Below, piece by piece: positions 1 through 10,070 of a stretch of DNA of 47,713 bases (its first letter is position 1; each line of letters starts with the position of its first letter). This stretch comes from an uncultured bacterium (GTDB taxonomy: Bacteria > B130-G9). Both the position numbers and the translations under genes were made by a program. The DNA is taken from assembly GCA_965372715.1 (NCBI GenBank), contig CBDVDH010000027.1:1-47713 (forward strand), read 5' to 3'. A model generated the notes under the pieces. It searched no databases. It saw nothing but the letters and a program-made list of their open reading frames with translations, and was not told where the DNA came from.

Positions 1-7
1 GATAGTC

Positions 8-364
8 TTGTCAGTCTGTTTGGTGATAGGCGCTGGCATCGCGGTCTTGGCTCTGGCTGGGTCGCTTAACGAAGATGGTGACGTGGACCCTGAGCATGGG
101 ATTAAGAACTTCACTGAGTTCACCTACACCGTAACATATACGCTGGACCCCGAGGAAGACCCACCGGATGTACTTGTCATAGCCTATCTGGGTGGAAACA
201 AAGAGTGGGAGGAGATGATGAGCTACCAGGTGATTGGATCGATATACGTTGACTACACGTATGCGACGACACTTCCTGAAGCAGGGAATTGGAGCTTCAG
301 GTTCCAGGTGGTGGGCGGTGAGATCTCTAACGAGTATGCGGGTCCCACAGTGTACAACTTCTGA
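8..364 (+). CDS. Small secreted hypothetical protein (beta-rich, Ig-like); may be 5'-truncated at window edge
   Basis: Hydrophobic N-terminus (VCLVIGAGIAVLALA) followed by an acidic, Tyr/Thr-rich beta-strand pattern. Confidence 0.55.
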   Translation: MSVCLVIGAGIAVLALAGSLNEDGDVDPEHGIKNFTEFTYTVTYTLDPEEDPPDVLVIAYLGGNKEWEEMMSYQVIGSIYVDYTYATTLPEAGNWSFRFQVVGGEISNEYAGPTVYNF

Positions 365-382
365 TGCCGAGTGCATGTTCAA

Positions 383-413
383 GCCGTGCGGCGTTCGGGA
401 TGCGCCGCACGGC
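383..413. terminator. GC-rich hairpin after first ORF
   Basis: GCCGTGCGGCG-9 nt-CGCCGCACGGC perfect 11-bp stem; only a weak T-tract follows. Confidence 0.4.
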
Positions 414-515
414 GCCTTATCTTTGTATTTTGAGAGCGCTGAGGTCTCAGGGACGCCATGCGGGCTGAAGGGCTTTTCGGGAATAACCAAAAAACAGAAT
501 GGAGGGAATGACAGA

Positions 516-2672
516 ATGAAGGGACCGTATTTCACGTTTTTGATTGTCGCAGGCTTCTGTGCTGCTTTGCTGATGCAGGCCCCTGGAGTCTGTCATGCTT
601 CGAGGGTCGAGCTTAGTCTGGATACAGGTTCCCGCGCGATACAGGACTGGTGGTCGCATTTGCCATCGCCGGCGCTGACGTGGGGTTTGGGCGTCAAATT
701 CGAGCCGCCCCGCTACCCATGCACAGTTCGCAGCGCTCGCGTCCTTGTGGATTCGACCACAGAGCTTCGGATACACGTGATGGACGCTGATGGCAAGGAC
801 CTTTGTCCCGCAGCGACTGTCTCAGCCCTTGAGCCTTACTCCTGGGCGACGGCTGAGTTCGCATCCGGGGTACTGATCGATTCTGGTCAGTTCTATGTCC
901 TTGCTGAGTTAGTCGTAGGCAACCTGCCAGCGATTGCTGTAAGCCGGCCAGAGAGCGGTGGCTTCACGGAAACACAGCGATGGGACAGCCAGGGTGGGTT
1001 TGGCGCCCAGCATAACGGGCACGGGATGATCCGGGTTACTGTTGACCTTCCGGTTCAGCCGGTGATCATAGACAAGAGTAGTGCAGGCAGCAACCACCTC
1101 TTTCTGGCCTTTGACTCGGAGATGAACGCGGCGACCGTCAATTCGGACAACCTGACCGTGCTGTTGCCGGACCACACGCCCTTATTGGGTGGAGCCTGGA
1201 GCTACGACGAAAACCTATGGCGGGCGGAATTCGTGCCAGAGCAGCCGTTCGCTCTCGGCTTCCACAGGCTCGAGGTTTCTACGAACGTAGCGGACGTATA
1301 TGGCAATCCCTGCGTGGAGTTGTCGCAGGGGTTTCTCTCAGACGGTGAGGTTGACGACACAGCGTCTGGGCCGCCGCCGGAGCTCATCGTACGGGGGGAC
1401 GATGGCGCAATTGACGTCCAATGGCTGGCTGGCATGTCGGTTGATGTTGTTGGTTACTTCATGTACGCTGGGAGATATCACGCTGGCACAAGCCTGGACG
1501 ATTGGCTTTCTAGCGCCGAAAAGACCGACGTCGGGGAAGCATTCAAAGTGCGCGTCCCGGTCGAATCGAACGACGTCGTCTGGCGCGTTGCTGTATCGGC
1601 CTATGACCAGAGTCGCAACGAGGGGCAGGTCGCGTACGAGGACTGCGTGCCCCACCGGGGCTCGGTGCTGCTCGCCGTGGAGCAACGGATGCCAGGGACT
1701 GGGGCTACCCGCGAGCAGCCGGTCGATGATCTGGAAGAGGCGCTTGAGAATTGCGCTTTTGATTACACTCTCTACGATGAGAGCCAGGCTGGCGCTCTTC
1801 CGAGCGCTGACTACCTCTTGGGCTTCGAGGCAGTCTTCTGGGAGCGAGGCGAGCGTTTCCCGACGTATCCATTCAACGCAAGCACGGTCCTACAGCCGTA
1901 CATGGAAAGGGGCGGCGCTCTCTACTACGATGCCAGAATAGGCCTCGACTCTTACAACCCTGAGGACCCGTTTTATATAGACTGGCTTCACGCCGAGTAT
2001 CACGACACTGACTTCGACGCAGCGTGTGTTCAGGGCGTTCCGGGCGACCCTGTGGGCGACGGCGTCGAGCTGATGTACGGGGAAGCATGGGCCAGGACCT
2101 TCACCTATTTCACGCCGACGGACAACGCGGTCGGATTCTTGACTATCAAAGACACAGATCAGACGTGTGGACTGAGATACGAGGACGCGACCGGATATGG
2201 ATACAGGCTCATCTTCTCCACTGCGCCTATTTGGCCAGTATTCGGGACGGATCAGAGAGACAGACTATTCTCGAGAGGCATGTGCTGGGTTCAGGGCAAA
2301 GAGGTTGATTTCAGGGTTGCGGCAAACACTCGCGTGCTGGCCCCATATCGCATGCTCGAGGTCTTTGTATCCGCGAACAACCTGAGCGCTGATCTCGACG
2401 TTGACGCCTATCTTGCCGTCATGATTGAAGCCGAGGGACAGTCCTCGCTTCTGTTCTTTGACGGCGTGGGCTTCGTCTCGGAGATGAGACCTTTTGCCTC
2501 GAATGTGCCCCTCGAACGAGGCTTCTTTCTGCCTCGAACGAAAGTGTTTGAGCTGATTTATACCGGAGGCCTGCCCGTCGGGCAATACACCTTCCTGGTT
2601 GGTCTCATGCAGGCAGGAACAGATGATCTGGTTACCGAGCTGGACGCCGCCGCAGTCGTCCTGATCGAATGA
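516..2672 (+). CDS. Large secreted/surface protein with Ig-like (Big_5/SbsA-like) and FN3-like domains and a C-terminal beta domain
   Basis: GGAGGG RBS at 501-506 before ATG 516; signal peptide MKGPYFTFLIVAGFCAALL; FDSEMNAATVN...VADVYGN (Big_5-like); DVQW...VVGYFMY...VAVSAYDQSRNEG (FN3-like). Confidence 0.7.
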   Translation: MKGPYFTFLIVAGFCAALLMQAPGVCHASRVELSLDTGSRAIQDWWSHLPSPALTWGLGVKFEPPRYPCTVRSARVLVDSTTELRIHVMDADGKDLCPAATVSALEPYSWATAEFASGVLIDSGQFYVLAELVVGNLPAIAVSRPESGGFTETQRWDSQGGFGAQHNGHGMIRVTVDLPVQPVIIDKSSAGSNHLFLAFDSEMNAATVNSDNLTVLLPDHTPLLGGAWSYDENLWRAEFVPEQPFALGFHRLEVSTNVADVYGNPCVELSQGFLSDGEVDDTASGPPPELIVRGDDGAIDVQWLAGMSVDVVGYFMYAGRYHAGTSLDDWLSSAEKTDVGEAFKVRVPVESNDVVWRVAVSAYDQSRNEGQVAYEDCVPHRGSVLLAVEQRMPGTGATREQPVDDLEEALENCAFDYTLYDESQAGALPSADYLLGFEAVFWERGERFPTYPFNASTVLQPYMERGGALYYDARIGLDSYNPEDPFYIDWLHAEYHDTDFDAACVQGVPGDPVGDGVELMYGEAWARTFTYFTPTDNAVGFLTIKDTDQTCGLRYEDATGYGYRLIFSTAPIWPVFGTDQRDRLFSRGMCWVQGKEVDFRVAANTRVLAPYRMLEVFVSANNLSADLDVDAYLAVMIEAEGQSSLLFFDGVGFVSEMRPFASNVPLERGFFLPRTKVFELIYTGGLPVGQYTFLVGLMQAGTDDLVTELDAAAVVLIE

Positions 2673-2821
2673 TGGAGGTGAGGCTATGCGGTCTTGCGCA
2701 CTTCGTGATCGGAGTCGGCTTGGGAAGGGGAGTGATCATGTTTTTCGCTACTATGTTCCTTCGTAAGGAATAGGATGTCCTGACGGGCCTTGAACCTCTA
2801 GGCGATCACATGTCGGCCGCG

Positions 2822-4015
2822 TCACGAGTGCCGCCTAAGGCGCTCGGCAAGCTTCGGAACAACATCAAACAGGTCGCCAACAATTCCGTAAGTCGCCACT
2901 TTGAATATCGGCGCGTCGGGGTCTTTGTTAATGGCGACAATAACATCGGAGGTCCGCATCCCCGCAAGGTGCTGTATTGCGCCTGAGATGCCGCAGGCAA
3001 TGTAGAGCTTAGGCCGCACGGTTCTACCCGTCTGGCCGACCTGATGCGGATAAGGTATCCAGCCCGCATCAACGGCAGCTCTTGAGGCGCCAACGACGCC
3101 ACCCACGGCTTTTGCGAGTTCGCGCACCACAGAGAAGTTCTCAGGCTTGCCGAGCCCTCGTCCGCCGGACACGATGATGTCGGCATCGACGAGATTGACG
3201 CTCTCCTCCTCATCCGTGATGTATTCCAAGACAGTGGTCAGTATCCTGTCATCACCGATGACGAGGTCCTCCCGCACTATCTCGCCCGTTCTCGTCTCGT
3301 CAGGCGCCGGCATATCCATGACCTTTGGCCTGACGGTCGCCATCTGCGGCCGACGTTTGAGGCATAGAATCTGGGCCATTATGTTTCCGCCAAACGCCGG
3401 TCGTGTTTGAAGCAGGCTCTTGCCATCATCCGCTATGCGAAGCCCTGTGCAGTCCGCTGTCAGACCGGTCTCAAGCCTGGTTGCAACGGCGCCGGCCAGG
3501 TCCCGGCCGCACGTCGTCCCGCCAACGAGCACTATCTCGGGCTTGTATTCCTCGACGAGAGAGACAAACGCCTCAGTGAATGGCACGGTTCTGTATGGCG
3601 AGAGCCGCTCGTCCTCAACTAGATAGACGCGCTCGGCCCCATAGTGGAAGAGCAACTGCGCGAGGTCGGCAACCTTGTCGCCTAACAACACGGCGCAGAG
3701 ACGACAGCCAAGCTGGTCAGCCAACTCACGGCCCTTGCCAAGCAGCTCGAACGTAACGTGCGCTATCTTGCCGCCTTCCTCCTCGCAGAAGACCCAGACG
3801 TCCCGAAAGTCCTCGATTGGCATCTCGTCGAGGCTCCGACCCACTGGGATTGACAGCGCATCAACCGGGCATACGGAGAGACAAGCGCCGCAGTCGTTGC
3901 AGGCGTCCGAAACGACGGCAAGCCCCTCCTCCACGCTGAGAGCTGAAAGCGGGCAGGAGCCAATGCACTCGCCACATCCCGTGCAAAGCTCTCTGTCTAT
4001 CCTCAATTGCGCCAA
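2822..4015 (-). CDS. etfA: Electron transfer flavoprotein alpha subunit with N-terminal 2x[4Fe-4S] ferredoxin domain
   Basis: [12 protein letters not shown] and [46 protein letters not shown] motif. Confidence 0.95.
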   Translation of the reverse strand: MAQLRIDRELCTGCGECIGSCPLSALSVEEGLAVVSDACNDCGACLSVCPVDALSIPVGRSLDEMPIEDFRDVWVFCEEEGGKIAHVTFELLGKGRELADQLGCRLCAVLLGDKVADLAQLLFHYGAERVYLVEDERLSPYRTVPFTEAFVSLVEEYKPEIVLVGGTTCGRDLAGAVATRLETGLTADCTGLRIADDGKSLLQTRPAFGGNIMAQILCLKRRPQMATVRPKVMDMPAPDETRTGEIVREDLVIGDDRILTTVLEYITDEEESVNLVDADIIVSGGRGLGKPENFSVVRELAKAVGGVVGASRAAVDAGWIPYPHQVGQTGRTVRPKLYIACGISGAIQHLAGMRTSDVIVAINKDPDAPIFKVATYGIVGDLFDVVPKLAERLRRHS

Positions 4016-4027
4016 TTTCGCTGCCTC

Positions 4028-4822
4028 TTACACCAAGCCGTCAGCGTGCAACTTGCCAATCAACTCACCGATAACCTCGTCAACTTCGCCTTTGAGGATT
4101 TCACCCCCAGAACGCAGCGGCGGCGTGAAGACCCTGTCAACCCACGTCGGCGAGCCGCCGAGGCCGATGCGCGAGGCGTCGGCGCCGATGTCCGCCGCAG
4201 TCCACACGTCCATCTTCTTCCTGCTGGCCTTCCGAATCCCAAGAAGCGACGGGTACCGCGGCTGATTGATGTCCTTGACCACAGTCAGAAGCGCCGGGAG
4301 GCGGCCCCTGATCGCCTCGACGCAGCCCTCCAGCAACCGATGAACCGTTATCGTCCTTGCCTCAAGGTCGAGCTTCTGAACCTTGCACACGTAGGTCAGC
4401 TGCGAAAGACCAAGCCGCGTCGCGATACCGGGCCCGACCTGCGCAGTGTCCCCATCTATGGCCTGCTTCCCGCAGATAACTAGATCAAAATCGCCGACCT
4501 TCGCAATTGCTCGCGAAAGCGCGTACGACGTTGCAAGCGTGTCGGAACCCGCGAAACCCTCGTCATTCAGCAGCACCGCCTCGTTCACGCCCATCGCGAC
4601 CGCCTGTTTCAGGGCCTTCTCCGCCTGAGATGGACCCATGCTAATGGCCCACACGTCGCCGCCTAAACGCTCACGCAGAAGCAGCGCCTCCTCAATCGCA
4701 TACTCGTCGAAGGGATTGATGATCGCCTCGGCGCCCTCACGATTGAGGGTATTGTCCTCGGGATTTATAGTTATCTCCGAGGCCGATTCCGGAACCTGCT
4801 TTATGCAAACTATCGTTCTCAT
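4028..4822 (-). CDS. etfB: Electron transfer flavoprotein beta subunit
   Basis: MRTIVCIKQVP, INPFDEYAIEEAL, GSDTLAT, GKQAIDGDTAQVG, INQPRYPS. Confidence 0.95.
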   Translation of the reverse strand: MRTIVCIKQVPESASEITINPEDNTLNREGAEAIINPFDEYAIEEALLLRERLGGDVWAISMGPSQAEKALKQAVAMGVNEAVLLNDEGFAGSDTLATSYALSRAIAKVGDFDLVICGKQAIDGDTAQVGPGIATRLGLSQLTYVCKVQKLDLEARTITVHRLLEGCVEAIRGRLPALLTVVKDINQPRYPSLLGIRKASRKKMDVWTAADIGADASRIGLGGSPTWVDRVFTPPLRSGGEILKGEVDEVIGELIGKLHADGLV

Positions 4823-5002
4823 AACAACCAACCTGACATTCGAGAGACACAAAGGACAGAGCCGTAAAGGTACAAGACACTCAGAAGGCGGTCAAGCAAA
4901 AAAACGAGAAGCCTCCCTAATGGGGAGACGGGCGAAAAGGCGAAGAGGCGAAAGGGGGAAGGCGGTGCGAGCGACTCGGATCCCCTGTTTCGGCGGGCTG
5001 AG

Positions 5003-5058
5003 CGAATGTCGCAAGTTTTGTCGTAAATATATCGGAAACTTGCACGAGCTGATGTCAC
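5003..5058. repeat. Phased TGTCGC-like array, copy 1 of 4 (degenerate)
   Basis: TGTCGC 5007, TGTCGT 5019, TATCGG 5030, TGTCAC 5053; begins CGAATGTCGCAAG like the other arrays. Confidence 0.65.
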
Positions 5059-5075
5059 AGCTCATTATACCAAAC

Positions 5076-5186
5076 TCACTCCAAGGAGTCCGCCGCCTCC
5101 AGGAATCCCCGAGCCCGCTCGACCTCCGTAACGCCGGCGGCTATCCGGTTAGTTATGGTGTACCTGGGCTGCAAGCCCTCATTCAT
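5076..5186 (-). pseudogene. Fic gene 5' remnant (36 aa), ATG overlapping the OLD nuclease stop
   Basis: Manual translation [36 protein letters not shown] aligns to the N-terminus of the intact Fic ([39 protein letters not shown]). Confidence 0.85.
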
Positions 5187-6943
5187 TGAGACCCTCCGTT
5201 GTTGCCAGAACCACCATGCAGTCCGCTATGGAGTTCTTCGAGCTCGTCAGATGTGAATTGGCGTTGAACTTCATGCTTCCCAAGTACGTGCAGCAGAAAG
5301 GCCACCATCGGCTTGGACGTGTCACCTAAGTCCCAGGCGATTGACTGCTTAAACGCAGAGAAAGGTTTGCCAAGCGAGCGATCAGACTCGTATTCATGAG
5401 CCCGCTCGAAATCCGGCGTGAAAACAAACCGTCGACACGTAATCCCGGCGCTCTTTGCTTCGGACATCTCCTCCCAGATCGATGTGTTCACAGACCAGGC
5501 AGGATTTGCTCGCCCGGTCTCCACAACTTTGCTGTCCAAATCATGGAGCACGAAATACGGAATGCGGAAGTGACGAAGGATCCTTTGAAAGAACGGTATG
5601 TACATCTTGGAGCCACAGTTGACCACATGAACGAAATCGGAGGCTTCGATCTTGGCCTCCTCCCTTAACCTATGCATAAGTGATCGAGCTGCGACAGTCT
5701 CTGTGTCACCCTCAACCAACACAAGCCGATCTGCGAAAAATGCCTCGCACACATAGGGATCGAATCTGTTGAGCATCTTCATGCGCTCCCGGTCATCGTC
5801 CGAGAACAGCTCTTGAGTCACCTGTGAGAGGATCGTACCCGCCTGAGGAGTGCTTGTCACACGGACAAGAGTCGTGTGCGGCCTCGACAGGTCAATCATG
5901 ATGGGGGCCTGAGTTGCAGCCACGATCTGGAACTCGGAATGCTCAGCAAGAGCGTAAATGAGATTCTTCACAATCCTCATCGGGTCGGGATGCAGGAACA
6001 ATTCAGGTTCTTCATAGAGCAACATGTGGGTCTTGGCTTCGGCTCTCTCTGGAATCGCTGTAATCGCCATATCCTTGTCCTTGTCCTTTTTTTTGGCATG
6101 CTTTGCCACGAGCTCAAACGTGTCAGATAGACCCCGATAGGCACTTAGGACAAACTGTCGACGGACGCCGTGTCCGTGGTATTCCATTGTTAACTCGGGC
6201 CGCTCCTTCTCGAGGATATGAATCCCCGTCTGAGAAGACAGCATCTTAGAGAAATCCTGTTCCCCCTCGCTCGTCACGCGAAAGGAGATGTCCGGAAATA
6301 TCTTGGTAATAATGTTGTTGAGATTGCGCTCGATCTGAGATGCGTACTCGTGCTTCTCCACTTCTCCCTGCAACTTCACAATCGCAGTCTCCGCCTCCTT
6401 ATACGCATCCGTCTCTTTAATCTTCTTCAGTATGGTCGCCTTCACCAGATTCTGGATGGAGCTAATGACATCCCCCGGCGAAGCCATGCCCCGAATCCAC
6501 ACTGGTGTTGGACAACCGTTCTGAAGAATCGTATCGAAGCCTCCGGCTCCGCCTGCAGTCCACTCCATCTTCGCTGGGCTCCAGCTCTCTTTGATGGCTT
6601 GCTCACCAACACTTACCCAACGCTTGCGAATTCTGGCAACACCGCGATCGTCAAGCCAGGCCGACACACTCTTGTGTTTCCTGTCTTCTTCGGTCTCGGC
6701 CAGAATAAAGGCCTCGATCTCGATCTGGTTATTGGGATTCTTATTGTGAAAATCCGCCTCGGAAGCTTTTTGTGCAGCTGTCACAAACATGTCGTAGGCC
6801 TCCAGAAGTGCAGACTTTCCGGTGTTATTCTTGCCAATCAGGAAGATGAGGCTGTGCTCACCAAAGTCAATGACCACCCCTTCCCCGTCAGGCCCCGATC
6901 CTATCGTTCTGAAGTTCTTAACCCTGATTTGGGAGATCTTCAT
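5183..6943 (-). CDS. OLD-family ATP-dependent endonuclease (ABC ATPase + TOPRIM), probable anti-phage protein
   Basis: KNFRTI start, Walker [16 protein letters not shown] signature, Walker [26 protein letters not shown] and HDLD. Confidence 0.9.
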   Translation of the reverse strand: MKISQIRVKNFRTIGSGPDGEGVVIDFGEHSLIFLIGKNNTGKSALLEAYDMFVTAAQKASEADFHNKNPNNQIEIEAFILAETEEDRKHKSVSAWLDDRGVARIRKRWVSVGEQAIKESWSPAKMEWTAGGAGGFDTILQNGCPTPVWIRGMASPGDVISSIQNLVKATILKKIKETDAYKEAETAIVKLQGEVEKHEYASQIERNLNNIITKIFPDISFRVTSEGEQDFSKMLSSQTGIHILEKERPELTMEYHGHGVRRQFVLSAYRGLSDTFELVAKHAKKKDKDKDMAITAIPERAEAKTHMLLYEEPELFLHPDPMRIVKNLIYALAEHSEFQIVAATQAPIMIDLSRPHTTLVRVTSTPQAGTILSQVTQELFSDDDRERMKMLNRFDPYVCEAFFADRLVLVEGDTETVAARSLMHRLREEAKIEASDFVHVVNCGSKMYIPFFQRILRHFRIPYFVLHDLDSKVVETGRANPAWSVNTSIWEEMSEAKSAGITCRRFVFTPDFERAHEYESDRSLGKPFSAFKQSIAWDLGDTSKPMVAFLLHVLGKHEVQRQFTSDELEELHSGLHGGSGNNGGSQ

Positions 6944-7117
6944 CGTTTGCTAATCCTCCCGTTATGTCGGAACGCCAAGACTCCTACGCGTCCCATCTCG
7001 TCGATTATCATACAGCATGATATCACTCGATAGAGCATAATCAGCCCACAACGCGATGCCTTCGCTTCCCCGGGCGAGATACTGACATCACCTCGTCGTA
7101 ACACCCCGCATCACTCA

Positions 7118-7195
7118 CTACCCCCCGAGTATCTCGCGCCAATCATAGATCGAGTACGCGACGCGCTGCTCCGCAGAGGGCGACAGCGATTCAGG
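7118..7195 (-). repeat. Orphan gene 3'-end remnant, copy A (EQRVAYSIYDWREILGG*)
   Basis: Direct repeat of about 7813-7897, similar at both DNA and peptide level. Confidence 0.6.
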
Positions 7196-7238
7196 GGCCG
7201 CCGAGCCCTGGTGCTCGGCGTTGGGTAGTAACGAACTA

Positions 7239-7607
7239 TCATAGTGCGAAGCAGCTGAACGCATAGCCAAAAACAACCCAACCAACATAGAATAAAACAC
7301 CAGACAAGGCCGTGAATGAACGAAGACTCCGGTGTGTCTTCAGAAAATCCGGAGCGTCCGTTTCACTCTCCAGTAAGGCTACCATCGCTTGGCGGTTCTG
7401 GTAGTAGGAAAGATGCCGGTGGACAATAAACGACACGCCATAGGCTGTGGCGCCAGTAATGAGAATGAGAATGAGCCAGGACGGAACGTTGCTCAATGCG
7501 GTCTTCCTGTGAGTGATTATGAGCGCGTCCGCGGCAGTCAAAGAAGCGACAGCCCAGAACTGCTCCTTGGTACACTTGTCTATTCGTTGCTGCAACAATG
7601 GGATCAT
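7239..7607 (-). CDS. Small hypothetical membrane protein (about 3 TM segments); start uncertain
   Basis: Hydrophobic segments FWAVASLTAADALII, WLILILITGATAYGVSFIV, ALSGVLFYVGWVVFGYAFSCFAL; promoter upstream. Confidence 0.6.
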   Translation of the reverse strand: MIPLLQQRIDKCTKEQFWAVASLTAADALIITHRKTALSNVPSWLILILITGATAYGVSFIVHRHLSYYQNRQAMVALLESETDAPDFLKTHRSLRSFTALSGVLFYVGWVVFGYAFSCFAL

Positions 7608-7756
7608 GACTTTCTTGATGGCTTTCGCTCCACATAATAAACTGCCAGCAAGGATGACGCGCCCTGCGAAAACCGGCAAAGGCAGACCGTTCTCTTCTAC
7701 ACAAGCCTCCTAAGCCTCAAAGAATGCTCGCCATACGATATCCACTTTGACACTCT

Positions 7757-7784
7757 ATCATACGTTTCCGAACAGTGTTGTCAA
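7757..7784 (-). promoter_or_regulatory. Sigma70-type promoter
   Basis: Minus strand TTGACA-16 nt-TATGAT. Confidence 0.6.
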
Positions 7785-7812
7785 TCGGAACGAAATCCCT
7801 CGGCCTATTAAG

Positions 7813-7897
7813 GTCAACCCACGCCCAGTATCTCGCCCAATCGTAGATAGAATATGTGTGGCCCTGCTCCGTGCGTCGTAACGACGGGTGGATTCAG
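7813..7897 (-). repeat. Orphan gene 3'-end remnant, copy B (EQGHTYSIYDW, 1-nt frameshift, EILGVG*)
   Basis: cagtatctcgc-ccaatcgtagatagaata versus gagtatctcgcgccaatcatagatcgagta in copy A. Confidence 0.6.
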
Positions 7898-8110
7898 TTC
7901 TGTGCCTCGAGCACTTGACGGGATCTCGGCTTTATGAGATATGGTATCCGTCTGTTAGGATTTCTCTTGGGAGGTGGTGCGAGATTCAAAGCCAAAACCT
8001 CAGCTCAGTGGATGGGGCAGAACGTCTGCAATGGAGACCGTGAGACTTTCGTTAGAAGTGCGACCAAACTTCTCGTCCTCGTGGATGATACGTATGAGTA
8101 GGTATACGCC

Positions 8111-9490
8111 ATGCGCCTGTATCTAATCAATCCTTCCAATCCGCTCGTCAGCATGGTCAGAGTCAAAGAGAACCGCTGGAACCGCTATCGCGTGTGGAAG
8201 CCGCTCGGGCTCATGGTTCTCGCGGGTCTGACCCCGCCGGAGTGGGAAGTTACGATCCTGGACGAGAACCGCGGCGTGCCTGACTATTCGGCGATGCCGC
8301 GGCCGGACCTTGTGGGCATCACCGCATTCACATCCCAGGCCAACCGCGCCTACGAGGTGGCCTCGCAATTCCGGCGCCTGGGGCTGCCCGTGGTCATGGG
8401 AGGCATTCACGCGACCGTCTGCGTGGACGAGGCTTTGGAGCGCGTCGACTCGGTCGTTACCGGGGAAGCCGAGGCCGTCTGGGCGCAGGTCCTGGAAGAT
8501 GCCCGGCATGGCTGCCTGAAGCGCCGGTATTCCGGAGGGTTCGCCGACATAGACAAGGTCCCGGCCGCCCGGCACGATCTGCTGGCAACGGGCTATGCGT
8601 GCGGCGCCATTCAGACCACGCGCGGCTGTCCGTTGAACTGCAGCTTTTGCAGCGTTGCGACGTTCAATGGGCTCCAGTATCGCCAGCGGCCCATTCCGGA
8701 TGTAGTGCAGGAATTCCAGTTGATTCGTGAGAAGCAAGTTCTGGTCGTGGACGACAACCTCGTCGGCACGCGCCCCGAAGACCTCGCCCGCGCCAAAGAC
8801 CTGTTTCGAGCCTTGATTCACGCGGACCTGCGCAAGGAATGGATTGCCCAGACCACCATCAACTTCGCCGACGACGAAGAACTCATGGCGTTGGCCGCGA
8901 AGGCCGGGTGCAGGGGCGTTTTCATCGGCTTTGAGTCCCCAACAGTGGAAGGGCTCCGGGAGATCGGCAGCAAATACCTTCTGCTGAAGGGCCGGGATTC
9001 CCGCGCCTCGGTGAGGCGCATACAGCGGCACAATATCCTGGTCGTGGGGTCGTTCATCGTCGGTCTGGACACGGACGAGGCGGGTATAGGCAGGCACATC
9101 GCCGACGTGGCCCGTCGGTACGGCATGGACTATCTCAACGTGTTGTTCCTGACGCCTTTGCCCGGCACGCGTCTGTGGGATAAGATGAAATTAGAGGGCC
9201 GCATTGTCCTCGATGGGTTTCCAGAGGACTGGAAGTATTACACACTGACCTTCCCGGTGGCCCGGTACACGCACCTGTCTCTGGATGAAGTTATTGAGGA
9301 GATGATCTCCTGCGAGCGGGGCTTCTATTCAGTACCACACCTCATGCGCAGAGTGTGGGGCAACCTGTGGCGATGGCGCAACCCGTTGCTCACCGTGGTG
9401 GGTAATCTTTCGTACAGGAGTAACTCTCGCCTGGCCGGCAAGGCACACGTGGACTTCAAGTGCCAGCAGGGCCAAAGATACGTCAATTGA
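8111..9490 (+). CDS. B12-binding domain radical SAM protein
   Basis: DLVGITAFT and VVMGGIHAT (B12-binding domain), TTRGCPLNCSFC (CxxxCxxC), FIGFES, LTPLPGTRLW. Confidence 0.92.
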   Translation: MRLYLINPSNPLVSMVRVKENRWNRYRVWKPLGLMVLAGLTPPEWEVTILDENRGVPDYSAMPRPDLVGITAFTSQANRAYEVASQFRRLGLPVVMGGIHATVCVDEALERVDSVVTGEAEAVWAQVLEDARHGCLKRRYSGGFADIDKVPAARHDLLATGYACGAIQTTRGCPLNCSFCSVATFNGLQYRQRPIPDVVQEFQLIREKQVLVVDDNLVGTRPEDLARAKDLFRALIHADLRKEWIAQTTINFADDEELMALAAKAGCRGVFIGFESPTVEGLREIGSKYLLLKGRDSRASVRRIQRHNILVVGSFIVGLDTDEAGIGRHIADVARRYGMDYLNVLFLTPLPGTRLWDKMKLEGRIVLDGFPEDWKYYTLTFPVARYTHLSLDEVIEEMISCERGFYSVPHLMRRVWGNLWRWRNPLLTVVGNLSYRSNSRLAGKAHVDFKCQQGQRYVN

Positions 9491-9506
9491 CGAGGGCCGT
9501 TGCACA

Positions 9507-9562
9507 CGGATGTCGCAAAGACTGTCGCAAACGTGTCGCAAGTCCGCATGGACAAATGTCGC
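9507..9562. repeat. Phased TGTCGC array, copy 2 of 4
   Basis: TGTCGC at 9511, 9523, 9534 and 9557; begins CGGATGTCGCAA. Confidence 0.8.
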
Positions 9563-9594
9563 GGATCGCACGGCTTGTCCAGGCAAATCGCTAT

Positions 9595-9786
9595 CGCCCG
9601 GAAGGGGCGCAACATGAGTAGCCCCGTGTGAAACGCGGGGAATCCAAATCGCCGCGCACCCCTCTTCTCTCAGCCGTCGGGCAATCGCGATGCGATTGCC
9701 CGACGGCTGAGGGGTTTTTCCGGTTTGCCTCACTTTGATCCGTAGGCTAAACCCTACGGCTACCACGTTCAGCCCCTGCGGGGCTA
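9595..9786. repeat. REP-like palindromic cluster (GTAGCC/GGCTAC type)
   Basis: gtagccccgtgtgaaacgcgggg; tcagccgtcgggcaatcgc-gat-gcgattgcccgacggctga (19-bp stem); ccgtaggctaaaccctacggctac; agcccctgcggggct. Confidence 0.7.
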
Positions 9787-9791
9787 TGAGG

Positions 9792-9818
9792 CGGATGTCG
9801 CTAGTTTGTCGCTAGTTT
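9792..9818. repeat. Phased TGTCGC array, copy 3 of 4
   Basis: CGGATGTCGCTAGTTTGTCGCTAGTTT, directly after the stop of the Fic 3' remnant. Confidence 0.8.
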
Positions 9819-9820
9819 GA

Positions 9821-10006
9821 CTAGATCTTCAGTCGGTAGGTCAACTGGTTCGTCAAACCTTCAGACAACACTACACCCGAATCCACCATCTCTTTCAGGT
9901 CCCGCAGCAGGGTCCGACGATTGACTTCCGGACATAGCCGCTCAAAATCCTGGATCGTCAGACTTCCCTGCTAAAGCACATGCTCAAGGGCCTTGGCCTG
10001 GCGATC
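9821..10006 (-). pseudogene. Fic gene 3' remnant (C-terminal HTH only) with in-frame stop
   Basis: [60 protein letters not shown]; colinear with 12921-13106, with a nearly identical core of about 60 bp. Confidence 0.9.
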
Positions 10007-10070
10007 AAAAAGGCCGAGGCGCAACGCGCGCCCCGGCCCGTCGGATTGATATGCCGTTGCTATCAGCGCT

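Noticed and set aside
234-515. N-terminal extension of the 812-aa ORF
   Set aside because: Overlaps the upstream gene and hairpin; RBS and signal peptide place the start at 516
4921-4965. GGCGAARR octamer run upstream of etfB
   Set aside because: Only 3-4 degenerate purine-rich units; no supportable function
5183-6943. Gabija or retron system call for the OLD nuclease
   Set aside because: No UvrD-like GajB helicase or reverse transcriptase adjacent
7198-7700. Possible integron attC sites around the small membrane gene (ACCCAAC + CGCCGAGC hairpin; GAGAAC..CTGCC/GGCAG upstream)
   Set aside because: No complete complementary RYYYAAC/GTTRRRY pair and no intI in the window; at most decayed remnants
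8123-9097. Long antisense or alternate-frame ORFs (e.g. 8123-9097, 6218-7033, 13116-13865, 20133-21014, 38122-38859)
   Set aside because: Shadows of well-supported genes, expected in GC-rich DNA; no motifs
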